A stretch of DNA of 64,000 nucleotides. It comes from a virus (Duplodnaviria; Caudoviricetes). The DNA lies in the IMG/VR virus record IMGVR_UViG_3300028591_000106, positions 1-64,000 of that record; one strand, written 5' to 3'. The notes under the pieces are model-generated. The model had not been told where the DNA came from, did not search any database, and was given only the letters and a program-made list of their open reading frames with translations. Shown here piece by piece: positions 6,401 through 17,717 of the stretch (position 1 is its first letter; every line of letters begins with the position of its first letter). The position numbers and the translations under genes are program-made.

Positions 6401-7327
6401 ATGGCACAGAAGACTTGTATTTTGTGCAAAGAAGATAAGAGCCTGGCGAATTTTATTGGAACAAGAAGTCCACTATTGGGAGGAGCCCTTCCAATTTGCA
6501 GGACTTGCGTTGGAAACTATTTGAAGAATAAAACAGAAGATGAAAGATGGAATGCAGCTAACAAACTCTGTTAGTTAGCTGACATTCCTTTTATTCCAGA
6601 AGAGTTTGAGAAAATTTACTAGGCAAAAGGCTATAATGAAGCGTTTGGTATTTACTGTTCAATTTTTAGAGATTAGCAATATAGCAGCTTAGATTGGACG
6701 ATGTATAACGATGCTTATAATTAGCTAAAAGAAGAAGAAAGAGTCGAAGATGCATTGCCTGAAGTTAAGGCGGCGAAGCGAGAGAGCCTATTAAAGAAAT
6801 GGGGACCCTAGTACGACGATTAGCAAATTGAATATCTTGAAAATTTGCATGAAGGTATTATGAGTTCCGTTGGTGTTGTCTCTCCAATGCAGGAAGACCA
6901 AATCATTAAGTTATGTAAGGTTTCTTTAATTATCGAAGAAAAGATCAGAGCAAGTATGGATATCGACAAGGATTTAAAGAGCTATGATAGCTTAACTAAA
7001 CTCGCAGGTATTACCACTGAACAAATGAAGGAAGGTAATGAGTTTAGTTCTACTGGAGAAGTCTTTGCTTTCCTTGAAAAACTTGGGTATAAGCCAAAGT
7101 ATTATTCTGGTGCCGTCAAGGATGAAGTTGATAAATCCATGAAGGATATCTAGTATTGGCTTAGATACTTATATATTAACGAAACTGGTATCGCAGAAGA
7201 TATTAAAGAAAGAATGGATGCACTTAAAGCTAGCGATAAGCTTGCTAATGAGGGCTTCGACTGGGGAGAGTATTAGTCTTATGCAGATGAGTTCACTCTT
7301 GACCAAGACTTTGAAATTGATATTTGA
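6401..7327 (+). CDS. 308-aa protein with an N-terminal zinc finger; positional candidate for small terminase (code 15)
   Basis: CILC...CRTC; GAGGTG RBS; directly upstream of the large terminase. Confidence 0.65.
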
Positions 7328-7336
7328 GGTGATTGA

Positions 7337-9190
7337 ATGGCTGAATTTCACATTCCATTACCAAAACAAATATTGATGGACACTTCTTCAATTTTTAAAT
7401 CCAAGACTGAAACTTATTACAGAGATGGAGTTCCTATTGAAAAAGGAGCTGTTTTAACTCAAAAGCGAATCAGAAAACATTTGCAACTCTATTAGCAATA
7501 TATGGATTTGTTTATTTGCTATCCTGATTTGTATTTGGATTTGATTAAGCCACCTGATTCAAAATTCTAGTTAAAATTTTTCTAGGTAATGTTCTTGCGA
7601 GCCTGTCTGCGCTATGGTCGTGTTCTAACTATTGCGCCGCGTGCCGCAGGTAAATCATTTATCTGTATCTTAGCATTGTATTTAATTTGTATCTTTCGTC
7701 CAGGTACTCACGTATTCTAGTGCGCACCTGGTAAGGCTCAAGGTGCAAAGATTGCAAGCCAAAAGATCCATTAGCTTTGGGATTTCTTCCCATTACTTAA
7801 ATCTGAAATCGTGGGCAATGGAAATTTTGGTAATGACTATGTACGACTTACATTTAGAAATAAGTCTTGTCTTGATATCATGAGTCCTTTGAATTCTACT
7901 CGTGGTAACCGTGCAAATGCAGGTATCCTTGACGAGTTCCGTGACCATGACTCTCACGATATTAACGAAATTATCTTGCCTTTACTTAATGTCGATAGAC
8001 CTATGGTAAACGGTGATAAGAATGAAAATGAACCTCAACAGGTTCAGCTGTGGATTACTTCCGCGTCAGAGAAGAATACTTTCTGTTATGACAAAACAAT
8101 CGAAATGCTTGAGCAGGCTATTTTGCGACCTAGCCGAGTATTTTGTTGGGGATTCGATTATCGTATTCCAGTATTAACAGGATTGCTTTCTAAAGACTTC
8201 CTTACAGAATTGAAACTGTCTCCGACATTTAATGAACTTGGTTTTGCAAAAGAGTATATGTCTAGGTTTATTGGTGGTTCGGACGAAGCGTGGTTTGATT
8301 TTGAAAAACTTTATAATGCAAGACGACTTGTTAATCCAGAAACTCATGAAAAACTTAGAGAGGGTATAGAGTCATTCTACATTATAAGCGTGGACGTAGC
8401 TCGAATTGGTTGTTAGACTGTTGCTACTGTTTTAAAAGTTTTTCCAAATAATGTCGATGGTTACAAGATCAATCTTGTAAACATCTTTATTCTTGGTAAA
8501 ACGCTTGAAGAGAAAGTTTTTGATAAGTAGGTTATCGAATTAAAACGACTAATTAAGGATTTCAATCCTAGAGAAGTCGTTATTGATATTAACGGTTTGG
8601 GTGTCGCTTTTGCTGATACTATGATTAAAGAGAACATTGATACAACAACGGGAGAAGTTTTCCCTGCATATGGTTTCTTTAATGAAGAAAGTAAATATTT
8701 GACTACTCAGCCGCGTAATGCTATTAAGATTCTTTATGGTATTAAAGCAAGTGGATAGATTAACAGTGATATGCACTCTGCTTTATATGCAAAAGTTTAT
8801 TCAGGTCATATGAAGTTCTTAATTTCAGAGTAGAGCGCAAGAAGCAAGCTTTTAGCTACTCGTCGCGGACAGCGAATGAGCCCAGTTGAAAGAAATAAGC
8901 GATTGCTTCCTCATGAATTAACAACTATTTTGATCAATGAAATAATGAATCTAAAAATTAAACCTACCGGAGTCAGTAACTAGATTGCAGTCGAACAAAT
9001 TAATGAACGAATGCTAAAGGATAAATTCTCCGCTTTAGAGATGGGAGTTTATCGTATCGTCCAAATTGAAAATGAACAATTGACCCGCCGCCGTAATCGC
9101 GGATTAAAGCGTCAGCTTGTTTTTACTTCAACTGGCTCTGGAGGCGGTAATGTTCATAGAAAACTTGGGAGAGGAGGTGGTAGAAGGTGA
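7337..9190 (+). CDS. terL: Terminase large subunit (617 aa, code 15)
   Basis: APRAAGKS Walker A, RGNRANAGILDE Walker B, ITSAS coupling motif, SVDVAR and KDKFSA nuclease motifs. Confidence 0.9.
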
Positions 9191-10752
9191 ATCGCTAGTT
9201 CTATAGATATACTAATAAGAAAACTGAAGAAGAGCGTTAGCAAAGAATTGATTTATTTAAAAGTCAGATCGCAGCTATGATTGCTACTTCTTAGGATGCT
9301 TATTCTAAACTTACTGGAAAAGAAAGTCGTAATAGATCACACACAGAATTTAGTAAAGAGCGTATCCATGAGATAGTTGTTAATGGAAATTCTATTGAGC
9401 AAGCACAGCTTTCTAGGTACTTCTTTGATGTTAGTGGTCTTTATAAAAGAATTATAGTCCACTATGCAACATTTTTAACCTATTCTTGGTTAATGATTCC
9501 GCATATGAGAAAGTATGAAGATAAAATTAAGGATAAGAAATTTAAGAAGATTTATTTCGATGCCGCTGAATTTTGTTCTACTTTTGGAATCGAACGCTAG
9601 TGTGGAAAATTCGCTTTAAAAGTTCTAATTGATGGCGGATATTATGGTATTATTCATGACAATGGAACTTCTGTTGCTATTCAGAATTTGCCTTTTGAAT
9701 TTTGCCGTAGTCGCTTTAAGAACCAGTAGGATGTAAATATAGTAGAATTTGATATGAGATTTTTTGATACCATTCGAGACGAGGAACTAAGAAAAAACAT
9801 TTTAAAAACCTATCCTGCTGTTGTTCAGAAAGGCTATAGAGCTTTTAAAAACGGAAAAGATCCGTGGATTTTCTTACCTGCCGAGATTGGTTTTTATTTT
9901 TGCTTTTTTGCTGAAAGACCATTTTTCCTTGACTTGATTCCTCTTATTGATGACCTTGAGGATTACAAGTAGATTGATAAGGATAGAAATCTTTAGGCTT
10001 TAAAGCGTATCATCACTTAGGAAATGCCACATGATGGTATGCAATTAGTTTTTGAGCCTGAAGAGGCGGCAGAAATGCACGCTGGTCTTATTGACATGCT
10101 CGCTGATAACCCCGATGTTGATGCAATTACTTCTTTTGGTAAAGTTGGTTTACTTGATTTAAGTGGTACTGCTGATGATCGTACAGAAGTCGAGGATGCA
10201 CAGCAATTAATTTATGATTCTGCAGGCGTATCAAAAGAGCTTTTTAGCGCCACTACCGAAGCTGGTATTAATTATTCTTTGAATAATGACTTATCAATGA
10301 TGATGGTACTTGGCGAACAATTTGCACACTTTTTTACTGCCTTGTTAAATAATAAATTTGGCAATCGTAAGATGTCATTCCTATTTAAGATTTTACCGGT
10401 TTCTAACTACAATAAGGACGATTTCGTTTCTAAGGCAAAAGACTTGGCAGCTTTTGGCTATCCGTTCTTAACACCTGTTTCAGGTTACGGATTAGATCAG
10501 ACTTGTCTTGCCGACCTTAAGAATCTTGAAATTGATGTCCTTCAATTGGACGAAGTACTTAAGCCGCTTCAATCAGCATATACTTAGTCCGGTAAAACCA
10601 ATGCCGTTACTGCTGCGGCTTCTAAAGATTCTACTGCTAACGCGGGAGATAAGCAGACTGAACAAAAGAAAGATACCGATTCAGCTTCTAGCTCGTCTTC
10701 TACTGATGACAAGCAAGTAAAAAGCGATACTGCTGCAGAAAAGAAAGAGTGA
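9187..10752 (+). CDS. Portal protein (521 aa, GTG start, code 15)
   Basis: Position after TerL, size, and PLQSAYT(Q)SG before a low-complexity tail; joins track ORFs 9754 and 10024 in one frame. Confidence 0.8.
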
Positions 10753-10770
10753 TGGAGGTGAGAATACAGA

Positions 10771-12321
10771 ATGGATATAAATGATAGTATGCGTAGGCTT
10801 GATGTTACCCTTTATGGTAATGTTGAAACTCTTACTCCCACTCTTTCCAAGTGCAGAGTTCGCATTTTTTATAGAGGATTGAATCGAAATCGTACATATA
10901 TAGATGATAGCTTCGCTCAACAGCTTATTGACTCTTTGCCATATGCTCCTGTTAAGGGTATCTTTGATAAAGATGGTCTTGATTTTAAAGATCACGGCGA
11001 AGATAATACTGATGGGCGTATATATGGAATCATCGCTGCAGATCCAAACTTTGCATGGGAAAAGCATGAGGATGAAGATGGCGTCGTAAGAGAATATGCC
11101 TGTGCAGATGTTATTCTCTACACCGCTCTCTATCCTGAAGCTAATCTAATTTCTGGAAAGTCTCAATCAATGGAGATTCACAAATTAGGACTTACTGGAG
11201 AATGGAAAATTTGGGCTGGGGACAAGCAACCTTATTACCACTTCTATAAAGGACATCTGCTAGGACTTTAGGTACTTGGTGATGAGGTTGAACCTTGTTT
11301 TGAAGGTTCCGCATTCTTTAGTTTGTATAAAGATGCTAAAGATTTGTATGACTATTTAAAAAATTCTAAAGTAAAGGAGGAGAGCAAGAAAATGGACAAG
11401 AATCTATTTAAATTGTCTGATAGTGCTAAGTGCGACTTACTTTGGGATGCGCTTAATACAGAAGCAGATTCTTATACTATCGTATGCGATATTTATGATG
11501 AATATGCTATTGGTTATGATGCTGTAAATCGTAAGTACATTCGTGCTTATTACACTAAAGATGATAATGCAGATAGTGTAACAATCAACAATGTTGAAGA
11601 TTGCTACATTGTAGACATTAACGCAGCAGAGAAGGCTGCTCTTGATGCTCTTAAGTCTCTTGGCTCTTATTCTGATATTCAGAGTAAAGTTGAGAACTCT
11701 GATGCTGAAATTGCTAGAATTACTGCTGAATATGAATCTAGTGCCGCCGCACTCCAAGAGAAGATTGACGCTCTTACTGCTGAACTTGAATCCTACAAGA
11801 AAGCAGAGGGAGAGCCAAAAGATGATGTTCAGACAGACAATGCTAAGAACGATGATGACGAGGATAAGAAGAAGGACGACGATGATGACAAGAAGGGCGA
11901 TAAGAACTCTCTTGAAAATTCAACTGTCGATACCACAGCTGAACTCGTAAGTTCTTATGAAGCAAAACTTGCAGAAAAAGATGCTGAAATTGCTAGATTA
12001 AATCAAGTCAATTCCGACATTACAAATGAGAAGTCAGAGTTAGAAAACTTCAAGAAGTCAGTTGACAATGAAAAGAAGACTGAAATTCTTAACAAGTTCT
12101 CAGCTCACTTAACAGAAACTCAAATTACCGACTATACTTCAAAAATGGAAAATTATTCTGTTGAGGACTTTGAGAAGGAAGTTTGCTTTGCCGCCTATCA
12201 GTCAGATGCATCTGTTCTTACAAAGGATGCTTCAAAAGACTCTGATCTTATTTGGGATAATAGCGGTAAGAGCTTCGAAACTGGCGCTCTCGCACTTTTG
12301 AGAAAACATACAGGGAGGTAA
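10771..12321 (+). CDS. Prohead protease-scaffold fusion (516 aa, single TAG at 11269)
   Basis: N-terminal domain with NRNRTYI, QSMEI and GL(Q)VLGDEVEPCFEGS; acidic coiled-coil C-terminal half; position between portal and capsid. Confidence 0.75.
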
Positions 12322-12327
12322 TGAATA

Positions 12328-13077
12328 ATGGCTATTGTTAAGTTTGATCGTGGCCTTTATAAGACTGGTAAAAAGACTGCCCGTCCTGGCTATGGTCAGA
12401 TCGAGCCTAACCAGGTATGGTTTAACCGTGCTGGTATGGTCGAAGCTCAGTGCTTCCTCGATCCTGAGCAGTTCTCCGATGTTCAAGTCGGACCTTTAAC
12501 TAAGTTTACTGCTGAGACCGCTCCTGGCGCAGGAGATGCAGTAAAGATTGTAGCACAGAATGGTGCATTCCTTATGGTCGATAAGGCAAATAAGAACCTT
12601 ATTATTCCTGATACCGCTAATAGTGAGCTTGGTTTCCCAATGGGTATCAATTATTCTAGTGAGCAGATGTATGATGAAAGACTTCGTGGTCGTAGAAACT
12701 TCTTCTTGACTACCAAGGATTGGCTCCCTAGAATTGGTTACACTGAAGTTGGTATGAGAATTAACACAAACTGCGTACAGTGGGATAACACCTTTACTGT
12801 TACTGATACTGTTACTGGTGCAGCTCTTGACCTTACTCAGTTCAGCACTACTGCTGATTCTTATGATATGTATCAGGCATTGAAGGCTTACTTCGATGCA
12901 GGCGCAAAGGCTCCTGTATACGCTTGTGTTGTTGACGGTTCTGATGGAGAGCTCGTTATTGGTGCAGATCCTGACGATGCTCTTGGTAATGTTTATGCTC
13001 AGCTTGTTAAGATTTGGGATAATGCAGATAGAACCTGCTCATTTATGTTCCAGATTATTAATAAGCCAACAGCTTAA
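12328..13077 (+). CDS. Capsid-associated / head decoration protein (249 aa)
   Basis: Between scaffold and major capsid; highly biased codon usage; no TAG. Confidence 0.6.
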   Translation: MAIVKFDRGLYKTGKKTARPGYGQIEPNQVWFNRAGMVEAQCFLDPEQFSDVQVGPLTKFTAETAPGAGDAVKIVAQNGAFLMVDKANKNLIIPDTANSELGFPMGINYSSEQMYDERLRGRRNFFLTTKDWLPRIGYTEVGMRINTNCVQWDNTFTVTDTVTGAALDLTQFSTTADSYDMYQALKAYFDAGAKAPVYACVVDGSDGELVIGADPDDALGNVYAQLVKIWDNADRTCSFMFQIINKPTA

Positions 13078-13096
13078 TTTGGGGAGGTGACAAATA

Positions 13097-14356
13097 ATGG
13101 ATAAAAATGCTATTCGCGAGTTATTTGTTCATGCTTATAAGGGTACTTCCCCTGATGTAACAAAATACTCCGCAAAAGATGTAAAGGATACTCTCGCAGA
13201 GAAGATCCACGAGATCGCTTATGATCTTAATTCTTATCGTAGAAATAAGCTTGACCTTTTCCAGATTCTCCAGGAAGCATATGATGAACTCATTCCTGAG
13301 TATGTTGGAAACTTTGTAGGTCAGTTTGCAGAAGTTAAGACTGTTCCTAGAAACACCAAGGCTATGTTCACTGTAAAGCGTGGTCGTCGTCGTGCAAAGA
13401 CCTTCATCACTGAAGTCGGTCTTTCTGGTGTCTATGAGAGCTTTCGTCTTGACGTTGATACTTTTGAAGTTGCTGCAAAGGCTATCGGTGGTGCTGCTTA
13501 CATTGACTTCGAGCGTTCACTTACTGGCGACGAAGATATCACCGAGTCTGCAAATCTTCTTCTTGAAGGCCTTCAGGAGGCTATCTATCGTGAAATCATG
13601 AAGTGCTTGATGGCTACCGTTCTTAATGGCGATATGCCTGCAGCAAACCAGATTGAGTCTGATGGTTTCGATCCTGAGTCTATGGTAAAGCTTTGCAACA
13701 TCGCTAAGTCTTATGGCGGCAGCGCAGTTATTTTTGCAACTCCTGAATTCGTTGCAAAGATGGGACCTGATGCAATTGGTATGCCTGTCTACGGTGCTCA
13801 TGCATTCGCAGGTGCAGGTGGAGCAGCTACTTTCGTTCCTCCAATTCCTCAGACCGCAGGTTATGCAACTCCTGTTTACAGCCCAGCTGATATTGCTTCT
13901 ATCGCAGCAACTGGTTATATCACCATGTTCCGTGGTACTCCTATCGTTCAGCTTCCTCAGCAATTCACTGATGAAAATAACGATACTTATCAGATTCCTA
14001 GCTCTTTCGCATATATCTTCCCAACTGGTGGAGAGAAGATCGTTAAGGTCGTATTCGAAGGAGAGACCCAGGTTGACGATTGGCAGCACAGAGACCGTAG
14101 CTTCGAGGTCGAAGTCTACAAGAGAGTCGGTGTTGCAATCCTTACTACCAATACTTGGTGCGTATACAGAAACCGCGAACTTGAGACTGCTGAGTATGCA
14201 ATCTCTGACGAAATGAAGAGAATCTTCGCTCAGAACGGCGCAACTTGGGGCGCTTACTACGACAGAGAGGACGCTTCTTCACTTCTTGTTCCTGTTACTG
14301 GTAATACCGCTCCTGCAGGTACTGTTATTGGTGGCGAGCAGACTGTCGAGCCTTAA
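13097..14356 (+). CDS. Major capsid protein (419 aa)
   Basis: Position, size, biased codon usage, GYITMFRGTPIV HK97-type motif, downstream terminator; no TAG. Confidence 0.85.
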   Translation: MDKNAIRELFVHAYKGTSPDVTKYSAKDVKDTLAEKIHEIAYDLNSYRRNKLDLFQILQEAYDELIPEYVGNFVGQFAEVKTVPRNTKAMFTVKRGRRRAKTFITEVGLSGVYESFRLDVDTFEVAAKAIGGAAYIDFERSLTGDEDITESANLLLEGLQEAIYREIMKCLMATVLNGDMPAANQIESDGFDPESMVKLCNIAKSYGGSAVIFATPEFVAKMGPDAIGMPVYGAHAFAGAGGAATFVPPIPQTAGYATPVYSPADIASIAATGYITMFRGTPIVQLPQQFTDENNDTYQIPSSFAYIFPTGGEKIVKVVFEGETQVDDWQHRDRSFEVEVYKRVGVAILTTNTWCVYRNRELETAEYAISDEMKRIFAQNGATWGAYYDREDASSLLVPVTGNTAPAGTVIGGEQTVEP

Positions 14357-14391
14357 TTTTAATTTAGCTATTAAAATTTTATAATATCACT

Positions 14392-14427
14392 AGAGGGTGA
14401 GTGAGTTTTACTCACTTGCCCTCTTTT
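14392..14427 (+). terminator. Terminator after the capsid gene
   Basis: AGAGGGTGAGTGAG / CTCACTTGCCCTCT followed by a T-tract. Confidence 0.85.
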
Positions 14428-14458
14428 CTATAAATGAGTTTAAAGGAGGAGATTTTTA

Positions 14459-15004
14459 ATGGATAATGCAACTCGTATGGTACAGCTGGTTAGTACAGTT
14501 GATAGAACTATTGTTGTGAACAGACCGGAGTATGGAATTCGTAGACAGTGGGTGGCAAAAGGTCAAGCACAAAGCCTTCCTTTTGATATCGTTCAGAATC
14601 TTTATTTCACTGTTGGATTCCAGAATTTGATTAATGAAGGTATTTTGTACATTCCAAATATGCAAGATAAAATTGATCTTAATATTGAGCCACAAAATGC
14701 TACACAGCCGACTCGTGTTATTGTGCTTAATGATCAGCAGATGAAGACATTGCTAACAGTAACTCCATATAATGATTTTGTTAAGCAGCTCGCTCATTTG
14801 CCAATGTCTTAGGCTCATGCTCTTGTTGATTACGCAGTTAAGAATGATATTATTGACAATATGAAGGTCCAGTACTTGAAGCAGGTTACTGGTAGAGATA
14901 TTGTCAGAATCATTGCTCGTAAGAGAGAATCTGAAGAAATTGACAAGATTTAGGCGGCTAGAGAAGAAGCCTATAAGCAGGAGAACGCTGGCAGAATTTT
15001 TTAA
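14459..15004 (+). CDS. Hypothetical virion-cluster protein (181 aa, code 15)
   Basis: AGGAGG RBS; TAG at 14810 and 14951; TAA stop. Confidence 0.75.
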
Positions 15005-15016
15005 TAGGTGATGTAA

Positions 15017-15487
15017 ATGGTCGCTTTAATGGATGTTTATGATGCTTTTTTGGCAAAAGTAAACGAAGACGACTGGTCACGCTGTTACTCAAAAGAAGAT
15101 TTGGAATGGTTTGTTAAGGATTGGCGATCTTTCCTTAACTCAGCCATCCCTTATTTCAAATTTCCTAGATGTAGATTAGATATTGATGAAGCAACTCAAA
15201 CTTTCACAGATGAACGAATGGGACAAGATGAAATCTAGATTCTTGCAACTTACATGAAAGCAGAGTGGATTAAGCGTACTGTTGATTCTTGGGAGAATAT
15301 CAAGACACAGTATGATGAAGCTGATTTTTCTTAGGCAAATCTTTTACGCCAGTTTATGGCATTGAAAGATTAGGTTAGTCAAGAAGCTAGAAATCTGGAA
15401 TCTATTTATTATCGTTCTGTAAAAGATAATCCTTATAGATTCCGTAAATTGGCAGGTGGTAGACATGGAAGAACGCTACGCCGCTAA
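15017..15487 (+). CDS. Putative head-tail adaptor (156 aa, code 15)
   Basis: Position and size; DFS(Q)ANLL motif. Confidence 0.6.
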
Positions 15488-15731
15488 GCATAAAGAAGTT
15501 TATAAAAATCGTTTATACGGTTTACTCTGTGAAAGAGAGAAAGAAGGCTCTTGGGAAGAGTTTTTAGATAATATCTTGTTAGACCTTTAGAAATAGCCGC
15601 AAGAGGATAGAAGTTATGAATATTGCTTATTGATAACTAAACTTGTTTCTTGCAAATATTTGGCTTATAAGTATTATCGTAAAACAATTTTTGAGTGCAT
15701 GAATTTAATTGACAAGGTGAATGACCTATGA
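15465..15731 (+). CDS. Hypothetical protein (88 aa, code 15)
   Basis: Open frame with 2 TAG; overlaps both neighbours (ATGA coupling downstream). Confidence 0.65.
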
Positions 15732-16456
15732 GTTACTTTGAAGATGTTTATTTAAAGAGGATGAATAGGGAAGGCACTACTATCTAGGAAAGAGTAAAGA
15801 CCAGAAAAGAGAAAGAGTTTGATTAGCTCTTTCTTCAAAAAACTAAATATCAAGCAGCCATATACTAGCTAAATGACGACAGTGTAGAGATACTTGGTTC
15901 GCTATAGCCGAATAAATGGAATCAAGATAAAATCGTTTCAAATCTCTTGGTTTCAACTCATTGCTAGAAATTTAAAGCTGGTGATATTGTAAGAACATAT
16001 TAGAAAAATAAAGAGGTTGAACTAGACAAAGTTTGGTTAGTCATGTTTGTCAATGAAGATATTACTCATGGATATTAGAAATATGAAGTAATTGAACTTG
16101 ACGATACGATTAACTATTGTGATGAATACGGCGAAACTATCGCAGTATTTCCAGTTAAATTTGTTAGTGAGACCTCTGTTTATGTATAGGACAAATTTAA
16201 TTCTTACGGTAGCGTCTCCTATAGAGAGCCGCTTGCCCATAGAAAATTTATTACAAAAGATTACGATTTCTTGAAAAAGGAATTGTATTTTGATCATAAA
16301 AACAGAGGTTGGGAGATTGCCGGAATTGATAATATAAGTATTGAGGGTGTAGCTTATGTTTCAATTCAGGAGAGGTTAAAGAGAGACCCTGAGCCTGATA
16401 CTTCAAAAGATATTGTCGTTGGAGAAAATGATAATTTCTGGTTGAATGGAAGGTGA
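15728..16456 (+). CDS. Putative head closure / neck protein (242 aa, code 15)
   Basis: Open frame under TAG=Q; includes track ORF 16271; position. Confidence 0.6.
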
Positions 16457-16462
16457 TTTGTA

Positions 16463-16966
16463 ATGGAGTCAAAAGTAAATTATGGTCAAGAACTTGGACC
16501 TAATCTTATGAAAGTTGTAAAGAAGCTATTGAAAAATTAGAATCTTTGTAAGTTACTTATCAATACAGATGTAGATCCAATCAATCCAGAACTTCATTAG
16601 GATATTGAGGATCCAATAAAGGAAATTTATAGAGCGAGAAATATTCGCACAATTCCTTTAGTAACTACAGAAGATTAGACTACAACAAGTAAACTCGTAG
16701 TTATTTTTGAATCTGGTACTCCTACAGATAATGCAGATGTTGAAAAGCTTAATATGTTGATTTATGTATATAGCCCCTTTAAAGAATGGGAGATTACAGG
16801 AGATTAGTTACGACCTTTTGCAATCATGTCAGAAATAAGAAGGAGCTTATAGGATAAAAGAATCAACGGTTTAGGTGAAATTTCTTATAAGGGTTTTGAT
16901 ATTGCCTCTTTAACTGACCAAATGGGCTGTTATTTAATGAGGTTTACTATCAATGCTTTCAAGTAA
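16463..16966 (+). CDS. Putative tail completion / terminator protein (167 aa, code 15)
   Basis: Open frame, AGGTG RBS, position before the tail genes. Confidence 0.55.
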
Positions 16967-17699
16967 AGAAATTTCAATGATTAAAGAACAAGCATACTGC
17001 GGTTATCCCTCATAGCTAAAAGGTGTGTGTGATATATATCCAAGTATGATGAGAGATTATCTGAAAAACACTATTTAGTTTAGTGGAAGGCTTGGAATTT
17101 TGTTGTTAACTGAAACTGATATTGCTAATTTAATTAAGGAAAAGAGTGGAAAAGATGTGCCGCCGGAAGAAATTCATGTTCTGGATTATCTGCTTTAGAG
17201 TGCAGATCATGATGATAATTTTTTATTAGATCTCAACGCGGCACTTTCTACTTTTATTAAGGAAGATATATACATACTTCCTTCTTATCATGCTGTGGTA
17301 GTTGGACCTCCAGAGGACAAACGATGGATTACAGAAGATAATTTTGGAGATTTCCAAACGATACTTAGAGTTCAAAATCGAAAAGAGGTTCCTGAACCTC
17401 CGCCTGAAAATGAATCAGCAATCGCTCGTAAGATGCGCTTGTTAAAAGAAAAACGCGAAGCAGTAAAGCGTAAATAGCAGTAGAAAGAGGGCAAGGAACA
17501 GGAATTAGCAGAACTTCTTGAGATTGCAGAAGTTTTTGGTATCAATCCTATGGAAAAGTCAGTTTATGCTTTTTATGGTCTGGTACAGCGTCACAGGCTG
17601 AGAGAGAAATGGGATCAAGATCTTGCCATGTTGTGTGCAGGAGCTGATCCGAAAAAAATCAAAGTTGAATATTGGGGTGACAACTCCAAAGAAAATTAA
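16953..17699 (+). CDS. Tail-cluster protein, possible assembly chaperone (248 aa, code 15)
   Basis: Open frame including track ORF 17295; C-terminal CAGADPKKIKVEYW. Confidence 0.55.
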
Positions 17700-17717
17700 T
17701 AAAGGGAGGTTGATGAA

